A DNA stretch of 64,000 bases from Pseudovirgaria hyperparasitica (lineage: Eukaryota). The stretch lies in NCBI GenBank assembly GCA_010093815.1, contig ML996589.1. One strand, given 5' to 3'. The position numbers and the translations under genes are program-made. The notes beneath the pieces are model-generated. The model did not search any database. It was not told where the DNA came from and saw only the letters and a list, made by a program, of their open reading frames with translations. Shown here piece by piece: positions 1 through 14,400 of the stretch (positions are counted from its first letter, which is position 1; every line of letters starts with the position of its first letter).

Positions 1-2965
1 CTACTATAAAGAAGAGGAATAGGATCGGAGAGATAGTGCTCCCTTATGGGATACCGTATACCGTCTCTTTATATTCGCTCTAGTATCTAGAGATATATAT
101 CTAAGTTATTCTTTCTATAAGAAATAACTATATAAAGCGTATAATCTATTCTAGTATTCGTCTTATCCGGAGGTTATAAATAAGTCTTATATAGTTTACC
201 TTATTAAACGCTCCGGCNNNNNNNNNNNNNNNNNNNNNNNNNNNNNNNNNNNNNNNNNNNNNNNNNNNNNNNNNNNNNNNNNNNNNNNNNNNNNNNNNNN
301 NNNNNNNNNNNNNNNNNNNNNNNNNNNNNNNNNNNNNNNNNNNNNNNNNNNNNNNNNNNNNNNNNNNNNNNNNNNNNNNNNNNNNNNNNNNNNNNNNNNN
401 NNNNNNNNNNNNNNNNNNNNNNNNNNNNNNNNNNNNNNNNNNNNNNNNNNNNNNNNNNNNNNNNNNNNNNNNNNNNNNNNNNNNNNNNNNNNNNNNNNNN
501 NNNNNNNNNNNNNNNNNNNNNNNNNNNNNNNNNNNNNNNNNNNNNNNNNNNNNNNNNNNNNNNNNNNNNNNNNNNNNNNNNNNNNNNNNNNNNNNNNNNN
601 NNNNNNNNNNNNNNNNNNNNNNNNNNNNNNNNNNNNNNNNNNNNNNNNNNNNNNNNNNNNNNNNNNNNNNNNNNNNNNNNNNNNNNNNNNNNNNNNNNNN
701 NNNNNNNNNNNNNNNNNNNNNNNNNNNNNNNNNNNNNNNNNNNNNNNNNNNNNNNNNNNNNNNNNNNNNNNNNNNNNNNNNNNNNNNNNNNNNNNNNNNN
801 NNNNNNNNNNNNNNNNNNNNNNNNNNNNNNNNNNNNNNNNNNNNNNNNNNNNNNNNNNNNNNNNNNNNNNNNNNNNNNNNNNNNNNNNNNNNNNNNNNNN
901 NNNNNNNNNNNNNNNNNNNNNNNNNNNTTATTAGTTATATATATTATATATATATAGGGGGCCTATATCTATTTATAGGTATAGTATTATCCTAAGGTTA
1001 TCGCGCTCGGTATATAACTATAATAAGAGTGGTATTAACCTATAAATATAGAAGAGGACTCGTCTTTCTAGTCCTAGAGGGTGTATAGTATAGTATCCGG
1101 GGTGTGTGGTTGGTTTACTCGTCTAGTAGTATTTATAGGGTTTCTAGATAGCGAGTATTATAGCCCCGGTCTCTTCGAGGAGCGTCACCTAGTTCTCTCT
1201 TTTATATTATACGTTTACCTATATAATTTAGAGTATATTCTAGTCCCTTATTAGGTACTAGGGAGTATATATACCTATATACTTATTTCTTAGAGGCGCG
1301 ACTATCCTCACGCGGTAGCGGCTTTAACTATACCTTTTAGTCGTCCTATTATCTTCGGGATAGTCTACTATCCTACCTAACTACCTTCCGGAGGGGAGGT
1401 TAGAGGTATTATAAAGGAAGAGCCCGTAGTAGGTGTTATATTCTATAACTATCTCGCGTCTCTCGCTTTTATTATATAAATGTATTCTATAACCTATTTA
1501 CGTTTTATATATGTTAACGACTATAACGGGTATTTTCTATCGTAGTTTAAATACTATACTATGTCCCTGTTTCTTAGTCCGTCTCCTCGCGGTTTATAAG
1601 GGTACTTCTAGATAGCGTGGTCTCTATAGTACTATCCGCACTTAGTCTTCTATGAGCACCTTTATATAGTATATCTATACCCTTAATAGTTAAAGCACTA
1701 TATTATTATCTATGCCCTATTCCATGGCTCGGCCATAAGGAGCTCTCCTTCTACTAGGAATCCCTTCTATATAATATATTATACGAGGGCGGGGTCTCGG
1801 AGCTCTATAATTATAGTAGAGTGTTTTTTCGCTATTATCTTAATCGCCTATGGGTTCTTCTACCACGCTTTTACGATCTTAATCCCTAGGTATTTTCGCG
1901 TGTTAGATTATTCTATACACGTAATATTCTCCGCTCTAATAGTCTATCCCTATATAGATACTACGTGTACTATAATTAGGTATATAGCTACTCTAATAGA
2001 CGCGCTAGGGAAGATACTACCTATCGCGTTCGGATCTCGCGAGATGTTTTACTATATAGTATTCGTTATAGTAGTAAGTACTACCCTACCTAGTGTAACT
2101 TTAGTAGCTACGACGCTTAACTATATTCCTTTCTATTTATTAATCTTATTTATAATTTCCTTTAGGGATACCTATTAGACCTACGCTAGCGTGTCCTTAT
2201 CCTAGATTATAATACGTATACTATATACTCTATCTATGGTCCTAGTAGTCCTTAGTGCGGTGGCTCCGGGTGTTACTATAATCTAAGCCCACGTGTTAGG
2301 GCGCTTACCTTAGAATAGCTCTTTCTAGATTCTCCGTAGACTAGCTTCTATTTAGTTGAGTCTACTACTAGGTTCCTCTCGTAGCGACTTCCTTTCTTCC
2401 TCTATAATTTCTCTTAGGTTCTAGATAAGGTCCCGGAATATATAAAGGAGGGTCTTCTTTCCCTCCTTAGCGTCCCTCTCTATATATATTACCTAGTATT
2501 TAATTTTATCTAGGAGGGTCTCCCCTCTTAGGGTCCCCTTAGTCTAGGTTATCTATAGTACTTTATACCCTTAGTTAGTGCCTATATTTTAGATAGGTGT
2601 CTAGCTATCTATATTAATATCGCTATATGGCCGTTTCTACCGTACTAGTAGGGGTATATCCGGCGTCTACCGGGGTATTATAATACCTAAGGCCGCCATG
2701 GTTATTAGTTAAGGGTAGCCCTTAACTAATAAAAGGGGGTTAGCGTGTCGGCGTTTATTAGATATAGTCTATACTCGTGTTATCGAAGAGTCTTCGAGTG
2801 TATATATATAGTATCTCTATACGTCGGTATCGTCGTATATTATATACTATATGTACGCACGTGTGTCGGAGGTTATTATACTCGGTATACTCTATCGTTT
2901 AATGTATGTAAATCGCTATTTTACCCCGAATTGACTATTTTGGTCCGTTGGGGTATAAGAAGTTT
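1..2965 (-). mobile_element. RIP-mutated Tad1-like LINE, copy A (5' part; runs off window start; contains assembly gap 218-927)
   Basis: Nearly colinear with 13095-16748 (copy C). Minus strand shows RT-region (Q)GSTISPILFLFF near 1-50 and an ORF1 ATG at 2699. Dense TAG/TAA stops. Confidence 0.85.
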
Positions 2966-2999
2966 TTTTAAAGTTATAAGTATAAAAGAAAGTACTATA

Positions 3000-5813
3000 A
3001 TAATAATAATATTAGTAAACTAGGTAGAGTACCACTCTATAGGCGCATGCCTCCTCTAGTCTAAGCTACTATATAAGAAGAAACCTACGAATAGAAAAAA
3101 CTCCCTTATATCCATAACTACGCTCTATCTATCCTCTTGTTCTTTATATATATATAGCCCTAGGGGCTACCTATAGGCCTATAGCCTATATTATAATAGT
3201 TTACCCTTAGGCAGCACGTGTAGGTGCGGAGATTATTAGTTAAGGGCTACCCTTAACTAATAATCACGGTTCTCCCGGGGTTCTTCCGACGTATACTAGG
3301 GTTCTTCTAGTATATATCGGGCTTCTTCCGGCATATATATACGGGTCTACTAGAACTAGGGGAGAGGAAGGTATACGAGCATCTATCGGGCGACGTCCTT
3401 AGGGTACTTATTAAGCTATCGCGTAATATCGGAGGTCCTCGTTATACGGACGAGGGCTTATCTTAGGGTATAGAGGCTAGAGCACGTCGCGAGGTAGTAG
3501 CGTATTATACCTCTCCGGCCGCAGTCCTCGCACTAGAGAGATATATCTAGGACGCCTCTCTAGTAGAGGTAATATAGGAGACCTATAGCGCCTATTCGGG
3601 CTTAGAGGAGTATAGATACTTAGGCCTTCGTTAGCCCTTTATATATCTATTTACTCGGTTCCTTCTAAGGCCCTTAGATCTATTCTAGATACCTATCCTA
3701 TTAGAAGGCCCACTAGGCTTTAAGTACCTCCCTCTATTTATCCTAGATCTATAACCGCATGACGCGGCTAAGCTCCTTAGGGCTCTATTAGCTTAGGACG
3801 GTATCCGGGTTATTTCGAACCTTCTATACGGTCTAGCTTAAGTCCGCCTCTATATAGTATTTATATTATACTTAAGTTTATTCTATAGTAAGGAGGGCCT
3901 AGTAATACGCGCGGATACGTGTACGTAGTACGGCAAAGGTATATACCCTATCTCCTCTACGTTCTTATACTTATTATTTAGTAAAGTATATAAGTCTCTA
4001 TATCTAGTAGAAGTTCTATATACTCGTTACGTTTGTCTCACGTCGGAGGAGCGTTATATTAGTAGCTTTATATACGCCGGAGATAAGGCGGAGTATACGG
4101 TTTTATATAGACTTAAGCTTTACCCGCCGAGCTTATATAAGGGCCGTGTACTAGCACTCGTATCCATATATAAAGGCTAGGCGTGCTAGGGAGATATATA
4201 GCTATCTCGCCTTATCCCGGGCTATTCCCTACGTAGATACCGTAATCCGGCGTATAGTGGTTTCTATCTAGAGGGCTCTAGAGACGGCGTGTGCCATCTA
4301 TGGTCCCTATTTTAGCTTATTATTAATCATGACACCGAGTACGCGTATACTCTATACTAGTGGTTCTATAAAGGCGTCGATTTAGGGGCGACGTGCCCCC
4401 TCCCTAGTAGCCTATCCTCTATAGTAGTTAATAGAGTATATAAGCTAGTATTTTTTAGGTGCGAATTTTACTCTATAGCGCTTTACCTACTAGACGTATT
4501 TCTCGTGGTCTCGTTCGAGTCGTGTACATGTTCTACTAGTACTACTATCGACCGCGAGGAGGTATATATCGTCCGCGTATCCAACTACCTCTATATATTC
4601 TATTCCCTAAAGGAGGTCTACTATAAAGAAGAGGAAGAGGATCGGGGAGATAGTGCTCCCTTACGGGATACTATATACCGTCTCCTTATATTCGCTTCGG
4701 TATCCGGGGATATATATTTAAGTAGTCCTTTACGCGAGGAAGGACTATATAAATTATATAATCTACTTAGGTATTCGCCTTATCCGGAGGTTATAGATAA
4801 GTCTTATATAGTTTACCTTATTAAACGCCCCTACTATATCTAGGGAGAGTAGCGTAACGACTCGTTCTTATTTCTATATAGTCTAGATAACCTCGAGGAT
4901 ATATTAAATAGCTATAATTAGGGAGCTTCCTACCTTCGCCTTCTAGTTTACTAGGAGAAGGCCGTATACCTATACTACTATACTTATCTTCTTAGTAATT
5001 ATAGCTTCTAGTACCTTACTAAGGTAGGAGAGGAGGGCGATCGGCCTCCATCCCTTCGGCGTGTTTAGGCTCTTCCCTAGTTTTAGGAGTATAACTATAT
5101 ATACGGTTCGGAAGCTCTATAGGTGGTATCCTATACGGGCGCACGCTCGGAATATATGGCCTATAATCGGTAAGGTCGCCTATATGGTCCTCTTAAGACA
5201 TCGATTCGGAATTCTATCTAGCCCGGGCGCTTTATCGTTCGGGAGTGTCTTAATAGCGCCGAGTATATCGTCGTCCGTGATTTTCCTAGGGATACTTACG
5301 GCTTCCGGGTATTCCGTGCCATTAATATCTAATAGGTCTACGGGTTCTAGAAGAGGGAATATAACCTCTTATAGAATCTCTATTTTCTTGAAGCTCGTAG
5401 AGTACGTCTTTTCTTAATATATAAGGGGGGGTATAAGTAGTGTAGGTGTTAGGGAGGCGGTACTTTTGGCCTATTTTACTATATACTATAGTCTAGTAGT
5501 ATTGCGTGTATGTCTATCCGTAACTATATACTACTATTTACGTCGCTCGTTACGGAGGACCTTATCTCGTTATCTTCTCGCCTCTCTCTATTTATCCCAC
5601 GCTTTAGGTGTGCGGTTATAGTATACGCGTGTATATAATCTCCGGACTTCTCGCCTATACTCTCATACTTAAGGTATGCTTTTCGGGTCTAGGGGTCTAT
5701 ATATTCGGTACGGCACGTGTTTATCTCTTGCTCCCTGGTACGCCTATAGGAGTATGTTCACGGCCTGGTCGATAGCCGGGCCATTAGATACGTCGACTAT
5801 AGACGGGTCTAGG
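3000..5813 (-). mobile_element. 5'-truncated RIP-mutated LINE, copy B (diverged subfamily), RT and 3' end
   Basis: (TAA)n tail at ~3000; 16-bp TSD aaaagaaagtactata at 2984-2999 and 5814-5829; GSTISPILFLFF motif near 4625-4665; homologous to but diverged from 11467-14290. Confidence 0.85.
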
Positions 5814-6500
5814 AAAAGAAAGTACTATAGATCCGCTATAGTTATTAAGGTAGAAATAATAATTAGACGTAATCTACTTTTAAGACCGACTCTATATACT
5901 AGAAGGTAGCTTATAAATTAATATTTTAAGGGAATAGTATAATTACGCGTTAGTAGAATACTTTAGTATTATAAGAATAGTTAATTTAATCTAAAGGATA
6001 TATAACTAGCTAGGTCTTTATAAATATATAAAGAACTATATAAAAACGTATAACGTTTACTAGTATACGAAAGTATATAGATACTTACTATATAGTAAAT
6101 TAAGACTATTACCTATACTAAAGAAGGTATAGAAGAAATTATTAATAGATTTTATTATGGATCTACCCCTAAGTAAGTATTCTAGGTATATTTATAATAG
6201 TTTACTTATAGTTCTAGATAGATTTATAAAGATATTATACTATATCTCTATAAGAAAGATAATCTAAGTACTAGATCTTATAGATATACTACTCCGTAAT
6301 ATAGTTCGGCTCTATAGTATACTAAATAGTATAGTTTTAGATAGAGGTCCGTAGATAATATCTAAATTTTAGAAGGATTTCTACTATATACTAGGAATTA
6401 AGTAGAAACTTAGTACTATATTCTATCTATAAATAGATAGATAGACGGAGTAGTAGAATTAGATAGTTAAGGCGTATTTACCCGTATATTATAACTATAA

Positions 6501-7444
6501 TAATAATAATAATAATATTAGTGTTTAACTAGGAAGAACTATATATATAGCCATATATATGCTCCATAGACTTAGGCCTCCTCTAGTATTGGCTACTATG
6601 TATATAAGAAAACCTCCTGTGATTGGCTCCCTAACTAGACCCTATTACTAACCTAACCTAGCCTAGTCTAAGTCCTCGAATCCCATTGGGTGATAAACTT
6701 ACTTCTTATCCTTATATTAGGCTTTTATTACTATATTAGTACCGGCTCTTAATAACGCCCTAACCAACTATAGTAGGTATTACCTTTCTTATGATTGGGT
6801 AGGTCGCTAGGCTAGGCCTAGTCTTTTATTCCTATGTTACCGTGTTTTTTCCTATCTATGGGAATATAGCTTTACGCCGGGTAGTAGTTATTAATTAAGA
6901 TAACTAATGCCGGAGGGGGTGTATATCTAATAGGTCCATGCCTTAGCACTAACCCTAGCTAGGCCGAATTCGGAAATTATTCTTCGGGGCTATGTAATCG
7001 TCTATGGGTAGGCGGGATACTTAATTAGGTATTACCGTCTATTTCGTGGTTACCGAGCTAGAGTAAGCGCGAGCTAAGCCGGATTAGGGTAGATAAGGCC
7101 CTAGTATATAGTGAAAATTCTATGATTCGAGCTAAGCTAGTTATGGGTCTAGCCGCTCTAGGCGTCGCTCTACCACTTAAGGTGGCTTAGTAGGTGGCTA
7201 TATTAGGTAATTCTCATCATGTAATAACGGTATAGTCATTTTCACATTACCTAATGGTCGCTTAGGACTAAGTAGTTATATGACGGCAACCTTCACGTTA
7301 CGTGCTTACTTAGCCCCGTACACTTTTTAACAGAGCGTACGAAAACTAGTGTGTGAAAAGGTAGCCGTTATAGGATTCAAACCCACGACGTTGGATGACA
7401 AACGCTTCTAGTAACGTAGTATACTACCACTACGCCACCTGGCC
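6501..7444 (-). mobile_element. tRNA-derived SINE (~940 bp) with LINE-like 3' tail
   Basis: 16-bp TSD tatattataactataa at 6485-6500 and 7445-7460; (TTA)n tail; tRNA-like 5' head; 3' region shares gcctcctctagt...gctactat...tataagaa with the LINE 3' ends. Confidence 0.8.
7362..7444 (-). pseudogene. tRNA-like Pol III head of the SINE
   Basis: Minus strand GGCCAGGTGGCGTAGTGGT (A-box)...GTGGGTTTGAATCCTAT (B-box/T-arm)...GGCTA, followed by TTTT. Confidence 0.7.
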
Positions 7445-7859
7445 TATATTATAACTATAAGTAGAATAACTAGGTAAGGTTAGTCTATATTACGGAATTC
7501 GTATATAATAATAGCTAATATATATTAATCTATATAAGTCTATTTAAAGTAAACTTTAGTTAGAACTATAATATATAGTTCTTAGGGACTTAGTTTAAAG
7601 TAGAACGACCTAATATTAAAGTAATAGAAATTACTATAGAACTATTCTAAATATAAAGAAGTATTATAAAGTTACTATAAGATACTATAGATTATAGTAA
7701 ATTATACTATAATAAGGGTAGAAAACCTATAATCTTTAATATTAGGGATAAAGTTTTACTAAATAGTAAGAATATTTATAGTATTAGACTAAAGAAGAAG
7801 CTTAACTATATAATAATAGATCTATATAAGATTACTTATATAATTAATAACTAGGTATA

Positions 7860-8460
7860 TATTAGGCACGTAAGGAGCACGTGGCCTACTAGTTAATTCT
7901 ATATGTATATAGTAGTCGTATATAAGTAGTATACTCCACCCTTGAAGTAGTAGCTTTAAGATTTAGTCCTTTTAGTATAGTTAGTTAGTGCATAGAGCCC
8001 GCCTCCTTATATAATCTTAAAGCTACTACGGGGTTACGGGTTTAACTCTCGGTCTAGTTAACCGTTATTGAATTTCGCACGATTCCGTTTAGCTTACCAC
8101 GTTATATATACTTTATATACGTAACGGATAACATGGTAGTAACGTTACTACGGTAAGTTAGCGTGTCTAGTACTAGAGGCGGCATTACGAGTATTAGTTA
8201 TGTGTATATATCGTTTATACTAGGCCCGTTATAGCTAGTTTAGTTTATCTTTTATAAGGTAGCATGCCCATAACGCGTAAGAATACGCGCCTTTAAGAAG
8301 GGAGATAATGTTAGGTACATAAGGAGCACGTGGCCTGCTAGTTAATTCTATATATATATAGTAGTCGTATATGAGTAGTATACTCTACCCTTAAAGTAGT
8401 GGATTCAAGATTCGGTTCTTTTAGTATAGTTGGTTGGTGCGTAGAGCCCGTCTCCTTATA
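7860..8460 (+). mobile_element. TRIM-like non-autonomous LTR element (152-bp LTRs, ~300-bp internal region)
   Basis: LTRs at 7860-8011 and 8309-8460; polypurine tract aagaagggagataa before the right LTR; 5-bp TSD gtata at 7855-7859 and 8461-8465. Confidence 0.85.
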
Positions 8461-8904
8461 GTATACGAGTTATAACTCCCTCCTATATTAAAGATATATA
8501 ATATATTCTATATTACGCTTCTAGAGCTATTTTATACCTTATTATTACTAGATTATTCTAAATAGACGCTATATAAAGTAGTTATATAAGAAGGTATAGA
8601 TATCTATAAAGTTAAGTAGATACTTAGCTAGTAATATACTAAAGATAGTACGTAGCTATATAAAATTTATTAGAAAGGATATAATTCTAATAAAGATACT
8701 TAGGAACCTATAATAAATATTAGTAAAGTAGCGATATTAGTATATAAGTAGTAATTAGTAAAGAAAGCTATAGAATTATAGAGAATTATACTAAAGTATA
8801 GTAATTTAATATTTTTTAGTATAGTTTAGTACTAAGAATAGCTATCTAAAAGAAAGAAGGTAAAAGAGATATAGATCTTTAAAATATTCTAAGGAATTAA
8901 GGAA

Positions 8905-9011
8905 CTTCCTTAGAAAGTTCGAACTTAGAACTCCCTTAGAAAGTTTAAACTAAGAACCCCCTTAGAAAGTTTAAACTTAGAACCTCCTTAGAAAGTTTAA
9001 ACTTAGAACTT
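8905..9011. repeat. ~23-bp tandem repeat (ccttagaaagtttaaacttagaac-like), ~4-5 copies
   Basis: Direct reading of repeated units; probably in the gypsy 3' untranslated region. Confidence 0.75.
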
Positions 9012-9212
9012 TAAAATTTAACTAAAAAAGAGACTTAGAAAAATAATTTACTAAGAGAAATAGACATTAAAAATCGGTACTAATTAGTATAGATTAGTAT
9101 AGATTACTAAAGAGATAAAAGAAGTTATTATTAAAGAAAGATAAAATTAAGAAAGCTAAAAGAAAATATAAAGATCTATATAGATCTATATAAACTTATA
9201 CTAATCTATCTA

Positions 9213-9440
9213 CACGTGCTGCCTAAGGGCAAAACAACGGTAATACAGGCTGTAGGCTAATAGGCGTACCCTATGGCTGTATACTCAAGACGAAACAGAG
9301 GTTCAACGAGATGTAGTTATAGACATAAGGAAGTTTTTCCCTATAGGCTTTCTTCTTATATAGTGGCTTAGACTAGAGGAGGCATAGGCCTATAGAGTAC
9401 TACTCTACCTAGTTATACAATATTATTATTATTATTATTA
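9213..9440 (+). mobile_element. Short 5'-truncated LINE 3'-end insertion (copy C family)
   Basis: Reverse complement of ~11470-11695; (TTA)n tail; 17-bp TSD ttatactaatctatcta at 9196-9212 and 9441-9457. Confidence 0.85.
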
Positions 9441-10996
9441 TTATACTAATCTATCTAGAAGAAGTAAGATTACTTTAAAATTAAAACCGAAAACTAAAAA
9501 TACTAGATAAAAGAAATATATTAGTACTAATTAGTATAGATCTAAACTAATTAAGTTAGAGTAGAAGTAGAAGTACTAATTACCGCGATAGTTATATCTA
9601 ATTCCTTCTACTACTTCTTATTTAGTATAGTATAGAGCTTTATAATATAAGTCTCTAGTCTTTTATTCTAATACTATAAATTCTATATAGTATACTTTAT
9701 AGTAGTAAACTTCTCTATAGAAATCTATAGAGTAATAGAATCTAGAATAGAGAGGGATAGACTAGCACGGATATACTAAGAATTATATAAATTAGTAAAA
9801 AGATTTAATAATTAGTATAGAACTATATATCTTTAGTATAGAAACTTCTAGATTAGAGCTATCTTCCCTAAATTTATAGCTCTTTAGTATATATAAGAAA
9901 GGAACCTTAGCCTTTTTACTAGAACCTTTTCTAGAAATTTTAATATTACTAGTATATAGAAAGAAGTCTAAAGTAGTAGAGATTTTAATACTATTATAGA
10001 GATTAATATATATTAGTAAGAATCTATAATAATTTAAGAAAAATAATATTACCTAGTAATTATAGTAATAATAGCTATAGTAGATTCTAATAAATTCTTA
10101 TAAATTTTATTAGAATTATACTCCTAGGCGTAACTCTTACCTTAGGTATATAGCTTATAGAAAGTCTTCTCTAAGGCGTTATAATTAGTAGTATTATACT
10201 TCTTATTAGTAGAGGTTACTAGAGACCTAGTAGTAATCTATACTAATATAAGTAAATCTACGTAAAGTTCTTCGAACTTACTTAAATACCTATAAGTAAT
10301 AATACTTCTTAGTTATATAAGTACTATATATTATAGATTTAGTACCGCCGTAAGTAATATACGATAGAAAGCGATAACTATAATAATATATAGCTAGATT
10401 ATTAGAGCCCGGCCTAGGTTAGAGTAGATTAATAGCTTTTAATATATTAGTAATATATATAAGATAGGGATTATCTAAAAGCGTCTATTTCTATACTAAT
10501 TACTTTAGAGTATTAAGATTTTAGGAAACTATATTATAATTATTACTAATTTATATAGATTATTATTAATTATTATTATTAGTAGCTAAATATAGTATAA
10601 AAATTAGTAAATTATATAAATTATACTAAATTATAGTAAATCTATATAAATCTATATCTATAAGAATCGGGTAATATATCTAATAATCTAAAAAACTTTA
10701 TAAAGAGTTAAGAAGTTTTTTAAAGAAAGGAATATTTCTAAGAAAAGATTTTAATATAGATAGTACCTAGGCTTATCTAATTATATTACGTAATACGCTA
10801 GGCCTAATTAGATAATCTTACCTATATAAGAATTTAGGATAGATAAAATCTAGTTTATTAGGAAAACACTTATATAAATCTTAGATTAATAAATATTAGT
10901 AAATATTAGAGATAAAGTATAGAGAATAACTAAGGTCTTATAAGATTTAGAATAGAGATATAGAGATAGATAATAATCTAGATTACTAAGGGTAGC

Positions 10997-11136
10997 TGTT
11001 AGGCACGTGCCTACCAGTTAATTATACATGTATGTAGTAGTCGTATATAAGTAGTGTACTCCACCCTTGAAGTAGTAGCTTTAAGATTCGGTCCTTTTGG
11101 TATAGTTGGTTGGTGCGTAGAGCCCGCCTTCTTATA
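10997..11136 (+). mobile_element. Solo LTR of the same family as the TRIM LTRs
   Basis: Starts tgttaggcacg, matches 7860-8011 with a small deletion; 5-bp TSD gtagc at 10992-10996 and 11137-11141. Confidence 0.85.
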
Positions 11137-11466
11137 GTAGCTTCCTAAAGGAAGGGGATAATTATTAGGACTTAGCCTTAGATATAATCTAATCTATATA
11201 TACCTTAGCTAATAGAGTTAGAAGATAGCGTAAAGGATAGTAAATAGTTATATACTAGATAGATTAGTATTCCTTTATATATATACTCTTAGATTTCTAC
11301 TAAAAGGGTTTAGTAGTAATTTATTCTATAATAGAATATACTCTATTATTCTAACTAACTATACTACTATCTAATAATACTATTCTTATAAAGATCTTAA
11401 TATATTAACAAGAGTAATATAATTATTACCTTATTATTCTTTATATTCTAATCTATTATATCTATA

Positions 11467-14400
11467 ATAATAATAATAATAATAATATTATATAACTAGG
11501 TAGAGTAGTACTCTACAGGCCTATGCCTCCTCTAGTCTAAGCCACTATATAAGAAGAAACCCCATAGGGAAAAACTTCCTTATATCTATAACTACATCTC
11601 GTTAAACCTCTATTTCGTCTTAAGTATATAGCTATAGGGTACGCCTATTAGCCTATAGCCTATATTACCGTTATTTTACCCTTAGGTAGCACGTATAGGT
11701 GCGGAGGTTATTAGTTAAGGGCTACCCTCAACTAATAATTAGGGTTCTCCTAGGGTTCTTCTAGTATATATCGGGTTACTACCGGCGTATGCCGGGTCTC
11801 TTCCGGCATATATTTCCGGGTCCACTAGTACTAGAGGAGTAGTAGATATATAAGTATCTATCGGGAGACGTCCTTAGAGTACTTATTAAGCTATTATATA
11901 ATATCTAAAGTCTTTATAACGTAGATAAGCTATTACCGTTATATATAGAGGTTAGGGTATATAGCTAGATAGTAGCGTATTATACCTCTCCGGCCGTACG
12001 CCTTATACTATAGGGAGGTATTAGGAACGCCTCTCTTATAGATATAGTATAGGAGTTCTATAGCGCCCGTTCGGGCTTAGATAAGTATAGATACTTAGGC
12101 TTTCGTTAGCCCTTTATATATCTATTTACTCGGTTCCTTCTATAGCCCTCGAATCTACTCTAGGTACCTATTCTACTAGGAGGTCTAGTAGGCACGGAGT
12201 GCCTCTTTCTACTTATCTTAAGTCCATGACCGTATATTTTTTACGAGTTCTTAAAGGCTCTACTAGTCTAGGAGAGCGTCCGGGTTATCTCGGACTTCTT
12301 ATACTACTTAGCTAGAGTCGGCTTCTATTAAGCACCTATACCGTATTTAATTCTAGCCTATATATAGGAGTACACGGTAATATATACTAATTCATGCGCG
12401 TAGCGCGGCGAAAGTATATTCTACGTTTTCTATACGTTCCTATACTTATTATTTAGTAAAGTATACTACCCTCTATATCTAGTAGAAGTTATATATACTT
12501 ATGACGTCTATCTCGCGTCGTAGTAGTACCGTGTTAGTAGCTTTATATACGCCTAATATAAGACGGAGTATACGGTTCTATATAGATTCGAGCTTTATTC
12601 GCCTAGTCTATATAAGGGCCGTGTACTAGCACTCGTGTCCGTACGTGAAGGCGGGTTATACTATAGATATATATAGCTAGCGTGTCTTATCCTAGGCGGT
12701 TCCCTACGTGGAGACTATAATCTATTATATAGCGGCTTCTACCCGGAGGGCCCTAGAGACGGTATATACCACTTATAGTCCCCATTTAAGCTTATTATCT
12801 AGTATAACTCCGAGCGCGCGTATACTTTATACTAGTAGTTCATTAAATACGTCGATTCGGGGGCGTCGTTCGCCTTCCCTAGTTACCTATTTCCCTTAAC
12901 GATTAATAAAGTATATAAGCTAGTATTTCTCCGGGGCGAACTTTGCTCTATGGCGTTTTACCTACTAGAGGCACCTCTTATAGTCCTATTCTAGTCGTCT
13001 ACACGTTCGGTTAGTATTATTATTAATAGCTAGGAGGTATATATTATCGGCGTATCCGACTATCTCTATATACTTTATTCCTTAAAGAAGGTCTACTATA
13101 AAGAAGAGAAATAGAATTGGAGAGATAGTGCTCCCTTATAGAATACCGTATACTATCTCTTTATATTCGCTCTAGTACCTAGAGATATATATCTAAGTTA
13201 TTCTTTCTATGAGGAATAACTATATAAAGTATATAATCTATTCTAGTATTCGTCTTATCCGGAGGTTATAAATAAGTCTTATATAGTTTACCTTATTAAA
13301 CGCTCCGGCTATATCGAGGGAGAGAAGTAATACTACCTATCCCTATTTCTATACGGCCTAGACGACTTTAATAATATATTAGATAGCTATTATTAGGGAG
13401 CTATCTATCTTTACCTTCTGGTTCGGAGGGAGGAGATTATATTTCTATACCGTAGTACTTATCTTCTTCGCTACCGTAGCCTCTAGTATCTTATCTAGGT
13501 AGAAGAGAAGGGCGATTAGTCTCTATCCCTTTAGGGAGTTAGGGCTCTTTCCTAGTTTCGGGAGTATAATAGTATAGACGACTTAGAAGCTCTAGAGGTG
13601 GTACCTCTACGTAACGTATGCTTAGAATATACGAGTAATAAGCGGTAGGGTCGCTTTTATAGTACTTTTTAGGCATCGATTTAGAATTCCATCTAGTCTA
13701 GGTACTTTATTATTTAGGAGTATCTTAATAATATTAAGTATATCCTTCTCCGTAACTTCTTCGGGGATATCTACTATATATAGATATTCGGCGCCGTGAA
13801 TATCTAATAGGTCTACTAGTTCTAGAAGAGAGAATATAGCCTTCTATAGAGCCTTAGTTTTCTTAAGGCTCGTGGAGTATATTCTCCCCTAATATATTAG
13901 GGGAGGTATAAGTAGCGGGGGTGTCGGAGTATCTACGCCCTTAGCCTATTTCGCCATATACTATAGCCCTATTATATATTATATCTATTAACTAGTAATT
14001 ATACGCTACTATTTACGCCTTTCGTTACGGAGGACTTTATCACGTTATTATATTACTTCCTTCTATTCTTTCTACGACTCGGGTGTTCTCGTATAGTATA
14101 CGTATATGTATAGCCTTCAGGCGTCTTATCTACTCTCCTATACTTAAGGAATCTCCTTTACTTCTAGGGGCCGGTATATTTAGTATAGTACATGTTTATT
14201 TCTCGCATTCTAGTATATTTATAGAAGTGTCTATACGGCCTGGTCTATAGCTAGATCGTTAGATATATCGACTATAGAGGGATCTAGAATCGCCGATTCT
14301 AGGTCCTTTAGATACTTTTTCTAGTTAGTGTCCTTCTATATCTATTATCCCCGTTATTTATTCGGGGTATATACGTTTATTACGGTTTCCATATATTCGT

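Larger units (their letters stand above)
5814..8770 (+). mobile_element. RIP-decayed Ty3/gypsy (chromovirus-like) pol 3' part: integrase + chromodomain, interrupted by SINE and TRIM
   Basis: Decayed reading resembles integrase core (IDFIMDLP; IVLDRGP*; S..F(H).(Q)IDR*TE..N) and a chromodomain-like Y.*KGY...DT*EP near 8650-8710. Reading resumes exactly across the insertion TSDs. Confidence 0.7.

Noticed and set aside
218..927. Apparent ~700-bp deletion in LINE copy A relative to copy C
   Set aside because: The difference falls within an N-gap whose size is only an estimate.
7362..7444. Functional tRNA gene
   Set aside because: Anticodon arm is not canonical, the sequence is RIP-mutated, and it starts exactly at a SINE TSD.
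1900..12899. Plus-strand ORFs in the ORF track (1900, 2745, 4505, 5061, 5676, 12708)
   Set aside because: Antisense to RIP-mutated LINEs; Tyr/Ile-rich artefacts.
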